Origin: Octopus sinensis
Taxonomy: Eukaryota
Length of the DNA: 64,000 bases
Assembly (NCBI RefSeq): GCF_006345805.1
Contig: NC_042999.1
Coordinates: forward strand, 168,082,001 to 168,146,000
Direction: 5' to 3'
The translations under genes and the position numbers were made by a program. Below, piece by piece: positions 1-11,700 of this stretch. Within the stretch, counting starts at the first letter, position 1. Each line of letters starts with the position of its first letter. The notes below the pieces were generated by a model. That model did no database searches and had not been told where the DNA came from. It was given only the letters and a program-made list of their open reading frames with translations.

Positions 1-243
1 GCCTGAATAATCATCATAATTCAGTGCAATCATTAACAGTACTTTCAAGCAATTCAGCCCTGAGCAACGCCGGGCAATTCTGCTAGTCAACAAATAACTG
101 ATGCTTCATTACCATTCTTGGATCATCAAATCCAGCCAATCTAAACCATTGTTTCAACTTTATTAACATATAAGAAGTAAATGCATATATACCTTATTCT
201 AAACAAATAAACTGGTAGCAATGAGAAAGCTGATAATTCTTAC

Positions 244-365
244 TTTTTCAACTCTGGAATCAAGATCTTGATTATCCTTGCTGCCTAAAAATAGATCACA
301 GTACCTGACAGCCTGTTCAACTATGGCAGCTGGTAATCTGAGAATTTCTCTTTTGGTTTTCTTTT
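244..365 (-). CDS. TTLL3: TTLL3/TTLL8-family exon G; gene continues beyond the left edge
   Basis: Acceptor gtgctgttcag, donor AAA|gtaaga; QKKTKREILRLPAAIVEQAVRYCDLFLGSKDNQDLDSRVEK resembles TTLL3 FVDEALCACEEYL...HMDID; phase 1 entry matches exon F. Confidence 0.85.
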
Positions 366-2276
366 CTGAACAGCACAATAAGAAACAAGAATCATCAGAA
401 CATGTGGTTTAGTAAATAAATAAGCCATGATATTAAAGGTAAGAAATAAACATCATGCATGTGAAAGAATTTCAACATTTTCAGTTGAAAAATTAGAGTA
501 AAAGATATTAGTAATTCTTTTTAATAAAGTCATGAGAAATTTAAAAAATCATATTTGATGGATATATGAGTAAGGGCCTGGTTGTTTCCATAAGATTGCT
601 TCACAATCACATGGTTACAAGTTCTATCCTACTGCATGGCCTTGTCTGTAAAATTCAGTACACAGAAACTGTATAGAAATTTGTAGAATGGATTTTCCAG
701 GTAAGCTATAAAGTGTATTGTCACTTTCCTCACAAATCAGGAGAGCCATGCAAAGCTCATCATCAATATTCTTCTTCCTCTTACTAAGTCATAAAAAAAA
801 AATTATCATCCACAGATGTTGGTAAAAATATATCTAGATTACCTTACTAGTATCATCTTTTAGTTTGAAGAGAAGGGCATGATCCTTTTCAGGGCAAAAG
901 ATAGAGTTTACTGGATGTGAGAAAGAATATCCAGTTTCCATATGCTGCTACAATTATTTGCCTTGACTAACTTTCATATATTTTGATCATGATGTGGCGA
1001 GGAACATTGAAAGCTAAGACTAACTGTGCTTATTGTCTAACAAAGAACATTATACTGAAACATAATTAAGATTGGATATGATAATGACATGTAAAACATT
1101 TGAATGATATCAGCAGTCAATGTCAGCAAAGAAAAAATTATAAAGAAGGAGAAAGTAAATATGATAACAAGCTTACAGTATTGGCTTTTTTTTATATATA
1201 TCCAAATTTTGACATTTGGTCAAGAAATGTCAAATTGATGAAGTAAGGATAGAAGTGTTAAAGAAGCTTTTATCTTTGACTTGTTTCAGTCATTTGACTG
1301 TAGCCATGCTAGAGCACTGCTCTGAAGGGTCTTAATCAAGCAAATTGATCCCAGGACTTACTTTTTAAAATCTAGTACTTACTTTATCGGAATCTTTTGC
1401 TGAACTGCTAAGTCACAGGGACATAAACACACCAACACTGGTTCTCAAGCAGTAGTGGGGGACAAATATAGACACAAAGGCACACACACAGATATATGCA
1501 TCATCATCGTTATCATTTAACATCCATTGTCCATGCTGGCATGGGCTGGACAGCGTAACCAGGGCTGGCAAGCTGGGGAGCTGCACCACGTTCCAGTCCG
1601 ATTTGGCAGGATTTCTATGGCTGGATGCCCTTCCAAACACCAACCACTTTACAGTGTGCAGGGTGCTTTTACGTGACACTGCACAGGCACTTTTATGTGA
1701 CACCACACAGGTGCTTTTACATGGCACCGCATGGGCACTTTATGAGTCTAGTTTTTAGACTAGTTTCCAACTTGCATTGGAACTTCATGTGACTGAAATG
1801 AATACATGTGATTTCTCTCTTTCTGTCCATGAAGGTATAGCTGTGTGGTAAGAAGTCTGCTTCCCAACCACATGGTTCCAGGTTCAGTTCCACAGTGTTG
1901 CACCTTAAGCAAGTGTCTTCTATTGTAGCCTCAGGCTGACCAAAGCCTTGTGAGTGGATGTGGTAAATGGAAACTGAAAGAAGCCTCTGTGTGTGTGTGT
2001 GTGCGCGCATGTGTGTGTGTCTTTGTACCTGAGTTTGTGGCCCACTACTGCTTAACAACCAGTGTTGGTGTGTTTATCTCCCTGTAACTTAGTGGTTCGG
2101 CAAATGTGATTGGTGGAATAAGTACCAGGCTTAAATAAAACAAAAAAAGTTAAGTCCTGGGGTTGATTCATTTGAGGCAGTGCCCCAGCATGACCACAGT
2201 CTAATGGCTGAAACAAGTAAAAGATAAAAGCAAAGTGTTTACACCCATATTACTAAAATTTCTAGCTATAAATATA

Positions 2277-2670
2277 TAGGAGTGGCTGTGTGGTAAGTAG
2301 CTTGCTTACCAACCACATGGTTCCGGGTTCAGTCCCACTGCGTGGCATCTTGGGCAAGTGTCTTCTGCTATAACCTCGGGCTGACCAAAGCCTTGTGAGT
2401 GGATTTGGTAGACGGAAACTAAAAGAAGCCCGTCGTATATATGTATATATATGTGTATGTGTCTGTGTCTGTGTTTGTCCCCCTAGCATTGCTTGACAAC
2501 CGATGCTGGTGTGTTTATGTCCTCCGTAACTTAGCGGTTCGGCAAAAGAGACCCATAGAATAAGTACTGGGCTTACAAAGAATAAGTCTTGGGGTCGATT
2601 TGCTCAACAAAAGGCGGTGCTCCAGCATGGCCGCAGTCAAATGACTGAAACAAGTAAAAGAGTAAAGAGT
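2277..2670 (+). mobile_element. Young tRNA-derived SINE family 1 with internal (TA)n(TG)n and (AAAGAGT)n tail
   Basis: A box TGGCTGTGTGG, B box GGTTCAGTCCC, cttgggcaagt block; many near-identical copies in this window. Confidence 0.9.
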
Positions 2671-2825
2671 ATATCATCATTTTAGCATGCACCTTTCTAT
2701 GCTCGCATGGTTTGGATGGAAATCATTGAGGTGGATTTTCTACGGCCAAAAGCCCTTCCTGTCGCCAACCCTCACCTGTTTCCAAGTGTGTGCGTGTATG
2801 TATATATATATATATATATATATAG

Positions 2826-2873
<48 letters not shown>

Positions 2874-4139
2874 ACACATACATACATACAGCAAGATGAT
2901 GGATGGTTGATCTGTCTTAAAACACAGATACTAGATTGCAATTGGTTACTTCTTAACTAGTATTTGAATCCCACAAATATAAGTTATGTTCATTATTAAC
3001 AAGTTGAGGGAGCCTTTACATACTTGCTCAAATTGCAAGAAAAGGTAGCCAAGTCTCTTCATATCACACCCTACTAGCTTCACACCACTAGAAGGATCAG
3101 TCTTCACACTTCTACTGTGGAGTACAAGTCTTCGTGAGAATGACAAGGTGTAAGTTATCTTGGCCCTATATATATATATATATATATATATCACCATCAT
3201 CATTTAATATCTGCTTTCCATGTAGGCATGGGGTGGACAGTTTAACAGGAGCCAGCCAGGTAGAAGACTACTCCAGGTGACTGTGTCTGTTTTGGCATGA
3301 TTTTTACAGATGGTTGCCCTTCCTAACACCAATCACCCTAAAGAGTGGACTGAGTGCTTTTTGCATGATTAAGAATGAGGACAGAAACAGGTGTGTTGCT
3401 GAAGAGGAGATACATGGTTACCCAGAGAGAGAGAGAGAGAGTTAACAAGAAAGTGGACAGAAACAGGTGTGCTGCTTTAAAGGAGATGCATGGTTACCAA
3501 GCCAGAGGTAAGAACAAGAGAAGTGGGGACAGAGGGATCAAGGATGAGGGCAGAAACAGGTATGCTGCTGAAGAGGAGATACATGGTTACCCAGCCAGAA
3601 GGAAGAGGAAAGGAAAGAGAGAGAGAAAGTGGGAGACAGCAAGAGAGAGCAGGGAAGAAATGGTGGCAAAGAGTCAGGGTACAGTTGCAAGGAATGGGGT
3701 TCAGAGCATAGATGAGATGGTAGAGTAAGGAAAGGAGAGATCAATGATGGCAGGGGCCAGGACATATTACCAAGGTATGGAAGTCATAATATAGATGGCA
3801 GGGTATTGCTAAGAAGTTGCAAGTAGGGAGAGGAGATGGAGAATGTTGTAACTGATGAGAACTTACATAGATAGCAATGATACAGTGAGCAGGGGAGTGA
3901 GGACAGGATTGGCAAATGGAAGATAATCATAGAGTATGAAGAGGAAATGTGTGGAAGAGAGGAGAGGAGATGCAGTTTGGGACCGAAGATGTTCTTTGGA
4001 TCAAATCAATAAAAAATATAAATCATATTAAAAACATCAATGTCACACTTATTAATTTTCTTTTCTGAAAGCTCAGGCTTTGTATCTACACAAAACGCAA
4101 TTTTCAATCTTACTAGCATCATCATCATTATTATACAAA

Positions 4140-4336
4140 GGGGCAAGATGGCAGACTCGTTAGCATACCAGGCAAAATGCTTAGCAACATTTCATCCAAC
4201 TATGTTCTGAGTTCAAATTCTGCCAAGGTCAACTTTGCCTTCCATTCCTTTGGGGGTCAATAAATTAAGTACCAATCAAGTACTGGGATCAATGTGATCG
4301 ATTTTCCCCATCCCCCAAAATTTCAGTCCTTATACC
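4140..4336 (+). mobile_element. SINE family 2 (Nin/Deu-like central domain); copies at about 8270-8495, 8510-8720, 28590-28780(-), 33612-33810(-), 57539-57763(-), 59270-59490(-)
   Basis: gagttcaaattc B-box-like word, gcctttcatcctttcggggtcgataaaataagtacc block, (ATT)n tails; the 57539 copy has a 9 bp TSD gccagtacc (57530-38 and 57764-72). Confidence 0.8.
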
Positions 4337-4337
4337 C

Positions 4338-4517
4338 TAGATGTCTCGCAAACAACTTGCACATGCAAGTGCTACCAGTCAAAAGCTTTGTATACCGGAA
4401 ACTAGCAAGTGTATGGGGTCATCAGGAGAGAATGCGCGCCGTTTCGGGGCCTATCTCTTGACGGCATCAATGCGCACCAGCCCCCCTCACTGATATGAGG
4501 CCCCACTTGTTAGATCA
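4338..4517 (-). repeat. 3' terminal direct repeat (3' UTR) of the HERO-like element
   Basis: Aligns without gaps to 8042-8221 (16 mismatches in 180 nt by hand count) and to about 47044-47222 on the opposite strand. Confidence 0.95.
4402..4513 (-). ncRNA. Candidate permuted hammerhead-like ribozyme (3' repeat copy)
   Basis: Same motif; first stem I base mutated (GUC^AAGAG); predicted cut between 4460 and 4459. Confidence 0.42.
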
Positions 4518-7500
4518 GCAGGTTATTAAAATAAGCTCAATATCCTTCTATCCATCGCTCATCGTCTCTTTTTAACCAAATCCAGTGGCTAGCCTTCTCC
4601 ACTGTAGATTGGATATCAGTCATGGTGGTATTGACTTTACGATGAGTTAGGCCTAGCGATAACAACAGTCGTCTCACGCTGTGTCCTACAAACCCTCTAC
4701 ATCCGACTTTGATAGCAAAATGTTCCGCTTTCCAGCCTACGTCTTCACATTCCTCGAGGAGGTTTTCATAACAGTTCAATTTTCGAGCCCGAGCGGCGTC
4801 CATATTATCTTCATGAAGAACCGTTAACTCGACTATATTTACAATGTTCCTTCTTTCACACCACATCAAAATATCTGTATTTTTCGTAATTGGGATGGGA
4901 AAGAAAACCTGGCACCCAGGTAAATCTGCAGTTACCTCCCAATAGCCGTTCCACTTTTCATTTCTCTCAGAAAGTTTCTTGATCTTCTTCTTGAAACGGA
5001 TCTGCTGACCTGGTCGCACGAAGGTAACAAAATCTCTAGATGGTACTTTTAACGGTTTTTTTCTCAGTGTTGTTGAGATGAATTTGGTTCTTTATAGCAT
5101 TGAAGATAACCTTAATGACCAAGTTGTGCCTCCATGTGTACCTGTTCAATGCTAATGAACAGTTGGAAAGAATATGTTTCAGTGTACCGACCCTTCCACA
5201 TTTGCAGATGTCATTCTCTGAGACGTTCCATCTTACTAGATTCGTAGGTGATGGCAAAACATCATAAGATGAACGAATCAGGAAACTCAGCCGAGATGTC
5301 GTCCACTTCCACATCTCATCCCAACTTATCTTCCTCTCAACAACATGTTCTTCACATCTCGTCATCTGACCTTGATGAACACATCGGATCAAATGAAGCT
5401 CTCTTCTCTCTGCTTCTCTTGTTTTGACGCTGTTGCTAATAACAGATCTGCGTTCACTCCGCATCATGCTTGCAAATGGTCTGAACTGATCCGCGCCAAA
5501 ACCAAATCCTTTCCGATGGTTCTGCGTTGCTTCCACCATATCTCTGTGTATAAGAGAAGACAAGATGTCATCAGTTTCTGCTTCTGCTTTCCACTTCCTG
5601 GCTGCTTTCACCTCTGGTGGGTTATGCGTGATTTCCATATCCTTCGATTCTCTCAGCATCATGACTGTCCGTATCTTCCCCAGCTTATATATTTCGACTA
5701 TTGATGCTATTGGTAGCTGCAATGAACCTCTTTTATGATAAAAAGCTGAACTGTTCAACATACGAGGTAGACCTAGCCACTTTCTAATGAACGCATTAAA
5801 TTCTTGTTCAATGATTTCAACTCGTGACAATGCTACTTCGTATATTAAAAGTGGCCACGCGAGTACAAGCCGAACTGCAAGCACCAAATTTTATAGTTAC
5901 CTGGTAACTTCGAATTATCAATCGCCGATAACCCAGCCTCGGCCTGTTTCATAATTTCAATCCCACGACTTCTCTCTGACAATGTTCCAGCGTATACTCG
6001 TCCCAAGCTCTTGACGGGCTCTTCCTTGACTGTTGGAATGCTTTCTTCAGATATTCGAAACTTAAATTCTTTCTGCACTCCCTTAACAAATGTCAGACTA
6101 CGCGACTTTTTTGCTCTAAATCGCATCCTTGACCACCTCACAAGTTTGTCTAATCTCAAGAGGGCATTCTGCATGATTTGTTTATCTGTAGCTAGAAGTG
6201 TCACGTCATCCATGAAGGCTTTCTTAGGCGATTGTACATGGACGATTTGTTCCAAAAAATCTACAGCTTTCAAAATCATCTCCATGACTAAGATAAACCA
6301 TGTGACAGATATTGTACAGCCAGCAGCAATGCAATCTCCAATCGGAGCCAATCTGTTGTAGAATCTCCGGTTGTAAACCTCATTTCGAAACTGTCATAGT
6401 ACATCCTCATTACTTTGATCACTTTGTCTGGAATGTGGAAGTGGTCCATGGCTCTCGTGTGTAATTCGTGTGGCACTGAACCATATGTGTTAGCTAGATC
6501 GAGCCATACCACATTCAGACTTTTCCTGTTCTGTTTGGTGTCCTGGATCGCTTTCCAAATCGAAAAACAGTGTTCAACGCATCCAGGGATCCCGGGAATC
6601 CCGTTATTCTGTAAATATGTCACTGTTCTCCTCGACAGAATTCCCATAAAGATCTTGCCTTTCACATTCAATAAGGATATCGGCTTAAACTGTTTAATGG
6701 TCTTTGCATTGGCCTCTTTCGGCAGGTATATACCTTCTGCCTGACACCAATCCTCTACTATAGTCTCCTCGCGCCACAGTTGTCGGAGTAGGACAAAGAG
6801 CTTCTTTCGCAGACGATTGCAGTACTTGTAGACTTTATATGAGATGCCATCACCTCCTGGGGCACTCTTTGCTCTAGCTTTTCTTACGAAGTCATTCACC
6901 TCTCTCTCCCTGATGTCCCCAATCTGGAATTCGATATCAGGTCCTGAGAGATGATTTAGCCCATGTAGAGGTGGCAGTGGCTGGTTACGGAGAGAATCGC
7001 TGTCGGTTTCCTTGATATGAGCATCCAATTCTTCTTTTGTGCATGATAAAGAACCAGTCTTCGGTTCATTGAACAGCTTCTTAATAAACCCGTACGGGTC
7101 CTTCAGAAACTGCCTCCGAGTCCTTTTACTCTCCTTTCGACGCTCATATCGGCAGATATGTCATTGCACATAACGACATTTCCTCTTCAAATCGTTATAC
7201 AGCAGCGCAAGGCCAGGTTTCTCATCTAGTGTAGCACATCTCCATCGCTTTCTTAGGTTGGTCTTTTCCTTCCTCAACTGCTGTAATTTCCTGATCCTCC
7301 TGCTTGGTCCACACTTTCCTTTCTCTAGTCGGATATTCTCTTTTACTCCAAATAAATATTTTCCTATATCGTATATTGAGCTTGATAATTTACCCAGTTT
7401 CTCCACTGTAGAGCCTGTCATTTTATAAAGAGCCCGACAAACCTTGTTTTCAAACTCTTTATATTTCCCTTTCTCATTAGCAGCAGGCCACAAAACCCTC

Positions 7501-8041
7501 GGTTTCCTCTGAGTATTATCCGATGCACCAGTTTCATGACTTGTAGTTTCATCACGTGAAGAGGTCTCTGCAGTAGCATTTATCGATCCGCTGTGGTTTG
7601 AGTCCGGGGATGATTTGCCACGTGTTTTACGATCTGATGATCCACACTGCTCTGTCCTCTTCTCACAAGTCTTTCCCTGATGTATCTTCAAGCCCATCAC
7701 AGTTGCAAAGGTTCTATAGCGCTGCTTGCATCCAAAGTTGTTTGCATTTCGTTCACTGTTTGAATGAATAACCGTACTCGTTCCCAAGGTCATTCCCGTG
7801 CTGACTGGGTTTGATTGATTCTCGACTCCCCCCTCTCAGTCAATCGTGGGGCTGTCATTTCCATTCATTTCTGTTACAATATATTACAAAGGCGAGGATC
7901 GTAAGTCCGCAGCCTCCACCGGTCTTTCCTGGTGTCGATAGTCTTTCCTATTGTCCGCTCGTCTTTCCGAGCAGTCCTCTTGTCTTTCCAAGATGCCTAA
8001 CCGTCTTTCCGGTTTGTCAGTGGTTCCCTACCACAAGGTCT

Positions 8042-8221
8042 TAGATGTCTTGCAAACAACTTGCACATGCAAGTGCTACCAGTTAAAAGCTCCGTATACC
8101 AGAAGCCAGCAAGTGTATGGGGTCATCAGGAGAGAATGCCTGCCGTTTCGGGGCCTACCTCTCGACGGCATCAATGCGCACCGGCCCCCCTCACTGATAT
8201 GAGGCTCCGCTTCCTAGATCA
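8042..8221 (-). repeat. 5' terminal direct repeat of the HERO-like element (a copy of its 3' UTR placed upstream of the 5' UTR)
   Basis: Same 180 nt as 4338-4517 at an offset of 3704; abuts an (ATT)n tract at 8222. Confidence 0.95.
8106..8217 (-). ncRNA. Candidate permuted hammerhead-like ribozyme (5' repeat copy, core intact)
   Basis: Sense RNA: GGGGCC...GCCGUC^GAGAG-GUA-GGCCCC-GAAA-CGGC...CUCUC-CUGAUGA; predicted cut between 8164 and 8163. Confidence 0.5.
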
Positions 8222-8761
8222 ATTATTATTATTATTATTATTATTGTTATTATTAGCAGCAGCAGCAGTAAGGCAGTGAGTAGCAGAATCCTCAGTACCC
8301 TGGGTATTTCGTCCATCATTTCATTCTGAGTTCAAATTCCACTGAGCTCGACTTTGCTTTTCATCCTTTCAGGATTGACAAAATAAGTACCAGTAGAATA
8401 CTGGGATCAAAGTAATCAACTAATGAACTATTTCCCTCTCCAAAAATTTCAGGTCTTGCACCTATAGATGAAAGGATTTTATTATTATTATTATTATTGT
8501 GCATGAGGCTGTAAGCTGGCAGAATCATTAGCACACCGGACAAAATGCTTAGTGGCATTTCATCCATCCTTATATTCTGAGTTCAAATTCCACTGAGGTC
8601 GACTTTGCCTTTCATCCTTTTGGGGTTGATGAATTAAGTACCAGTGAAATATTGGGGTTGATGTAATTGACTAGTTCCCTCCCACCAAATTTCAGGCCTA
8701 GTGCCTACAACAGAAAGAAGAAGAAGAAGAGTCGCCGCCGTCATCGTCGTCATCATCATCA

Positions 8762-11700
8762 TTCAGTAGTCTTATTTTTATCACGGTGCTTTCACTGCAC
8801 TACTATGTACCTTGGTTATGCGCTGTGGTTTGTTGTGATGCTCTTATTTTTACTGTATTGAAAGTGTTACATAGGCTGTTGTGCAGTGCCTAGTAGTGCT
8901 ATTTTTTGTATGTTATATATACTTGTTAGTCCTGGTGTTTTTGTTATGTATTTGTCTGAATATATTTTTCATCATACCTAATGCGCCTACTATAACAGGA
9001 ATTGTTTGTTTTTAGACTCCACATTCGTGTTACCTCTATTTCCAGATCTCTGTATTTTAAAAGTTTCTCTGTTTCTTTAAGAGAAACATTATCATCTGTT
9101 GATATTAATACATCGATAAGAAAGCATTTTTTCTTGATGATCTCTAGCAACTATATCCAGTCTATTGGCTTTAATTTCTCTATCTGTGAGTATTAGCATA
9201 TTCCAGAGTCTGGTTGCTTTCTCATTTTCTGTGACCTTTTCTGGTGTGTGCCTATATCATCTTTTTTCTATTGTTATTCCATAGTGTTGGCATAGCTTTC
9301 AGTGTATATAGATTCCAACTTTGTCGTGTCTGTGAATATATTCCTTCTTAGCCAAGACTTGGCAGCCAGAGACAATATGATTTATTGTTTCTTCTCCATC
9401 TCCACATATTCTGCAGTTACGTGTTATGTTTCTTTTCATTATATGTTTTCGGAAATTTCTGGTGGGGAGGCTTTGGTCTTGTGCTGCAATTAAAAATCCT
9501 TCAGTCTCTGCTTTGAGTCCTGAGCTTCTCAACCATTGCTGGGATTTTGCTTTGTCTATTTCTTTTGCATTTAGTTTAACCCAGTATTTGCCATGAAGGG
9601 GGTTTTCTTGCCATCGTTTTATCATGGTTCGTTGCTGTTCTATTTTTAGTTTGGATTTCATTTGTTTTATAGCTTTTGTTGTTTCTTCTTCTTCTTCTTC
9701 TTCATATTTGTTAGGTGGTATGATTTCTTGTTTGTATTTGTCAGCTTCCTTAAATACTGAGAACAGTTTTTTGTTTTGCTCGTGTTTTGCCGCTATTTGT
9801 ATCATTTTTCCTTCCTTCTGAAGTAAATATTTTTGCAGTCCTATGGTGGTTATTTTATAGTAGTTTTCCAGCTGTATAAGTCCTCTACCACCTTCTATAC
9901 GTTGTATATATAGCCTTTCTATGTCAGATTTTGGGTGACGCATCCTAGATCCTGTCATTATTTTTCTTGTTTTCCTATCTATTTTGGTCAGTTCATTTAG
10001 TGTCCAGTTAAGGATAGTGTAGCTGTAACTTATAACTTGACATCATTTTCTCAGGATCCATTGTTGTCCCAGTTTTAGTTTGGATTTCAGTTGTTTTACA
10101 GCTTTTGTTGTTTCTTCTTTTTCTTCATAGTTGTTAGATACTATGACTTCTTTTTTGTATTTGTCAGTTTCCTTAAAGACTGAAAACAGTTTTTTGTTTT
10201 GTTCATGTTTTGTAGTTATTTGTATTAGTTTTCCTTGCTTCTGAAGTTGGTATTTCTGTAGTCCTATGGTGGTTATTTTGTAATAGTTTTCAAGCTGCAT
10301 AAGGCCTTTACCATCTTTGATATGTTGTTGGATTTTGGGTGGTGCATCCTAATTCCTGTTATTATTTTTCTTATTTTCCTGTCTATTCTGATTAGTTCAT
10401 TTAGGGTCCAGTTAAGAATACTGAAGCTGGGATGTCTAGAGTGCTGATACCTATTATCTTGTTTTTTGTATTGAGCTCTGTTTTCAGAATTAATCTAACT
10501 CATCTATAGCATTCTTTTCTTATCTTCTCTTTCATTTGTGTGTTGTATCATATCTAGTTCATTGATTCCTAAGTATTTGGTCTAATTTTCATATTCCATT
10601 AGCTTTATCTAGTGTGATGTTACTACTCTTAACTAGTTTTCCTCTTTTCAAGGTTGCTTTGACACATTTTTCTAAGCCAAATTTCATGCTTATTTTTTGA
10701 TAAATCTATGTACTGTCTGTAGTAATGTTTCCAGATGTTTATCATTTGTAGGGTACAGTTTTAGATCATCCATATATAAGAGGCGGCTGGTTGTTTTGAC
10801 GTGACAATTGTATCTACATCCAGTTCTGTTTAGCATGTCAGAGAAAGGTGTCAGTGCCAAGAAGAATAGGAGTGGAGAAAGCACGTCTTCCTGGAATATT
10901 CCTCTTCTAATGGCTTCGGTTTTTATGAGTCCCTCTTTTGTCTAGAGCTGTAGTACTGTCTGCCATTTATTCATGGAATGTTTTATATATCTTATGATTA
11001 TTGGTGCTACCTTGTTCATGGCTTGTATTTCTAGGATACATGTGTGAGGAATACTATCAAAAGCCTTTGAGTAATTGATCCAGGCCATACTTAGACCTTC
11101 TTTCTGCAGCTGTCTTCAGTTATGGCTTTATTGATCAGTAGCTGATCTTTACAGCCATATGAGCCCTTGCAGCATCCCTTCTACTCTTCTGGAAACAGAT
11201 TGTTTTCTTCAAGTTGTTTGCTCATTCTCTGCGATATTATTGCAGTTCAGTTGTTGCAGGGGTCCAGAGTTGTTCAGGTGCTGTGTCTGTTCTTTCGATA
11301 TGTCTTTGCTGAGGTTGTTCATTCACCAACCATATTTCTTTCCAAAATTCTTCCACTTCTTCTGCTATTGGTGCTGTACTGATTTCTATTTTATTTTTGC
11401 CAAGTTCTTGGTAGAATCTTTGGGGTTGGAGTTGAACTGTTTGTTTTGTTCAAAGAAATGTTGGCATTTCTCATACCGTTAGATTCTTTGTGCTTTGGCA
11501 AGGACATCTTGCTTTAGTTGTTCTTTTACTTCAGGTATACCTTGCTCTGTAATTTTGTAATTTATGTAGCATTTATCTTCCCTTACTGTCGCTTAGTAGT
11601 GTTGATTGTCTACTAGTTTCATTAAGGATTGATAGATCTTTTCTTTTCTTTTCTATTTTTTCTGGATATTATTTACCCATAGGGTTTGTTTGGGTGGTGA

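Larger units (their letters stand above)
4338..8221 (-). mobile_element. HERO-like (R2 group, restriction-like endonuclease) non-LTR retrotransposon, near full length, frameshifted, with 180 bp terminal direct repeats
   Basis: ORF pieces 7793-7161 (zinc-finger remnant GLKIHQGKTC), 7028-5845 (RT: SAPGGDG, WLDLANTYGSVPH, GCTIS, AFMDD), 5887-5036 (CCHC knuckle CKCGRVGTLKHILSNC, RYTWRHN), 5019-4537 (RLE: VELTVLHE, VGCRGF, EKASHWIWLKR). Confidence 0.9.

Noticed and set aside
843-947. Exon-like open stretch with an AAG|gtaat donor
   Set aside because: Open only as phase 0-0, whereas the flanking exons need phase 1-1.
7922-8010. CRISPR-like repeat-spacer appearance
   Set aside because: Repeats are 8 nt and spacers 11-13 nt, in a eukaryotic retrotransposon UTR with no cas genes.
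4338-8221. LTR retrotransposon
   Set aside because: No gag, protease or integrase, no PBS/PPT; the protein is a non-LTR RT with a C-terminal RLE.
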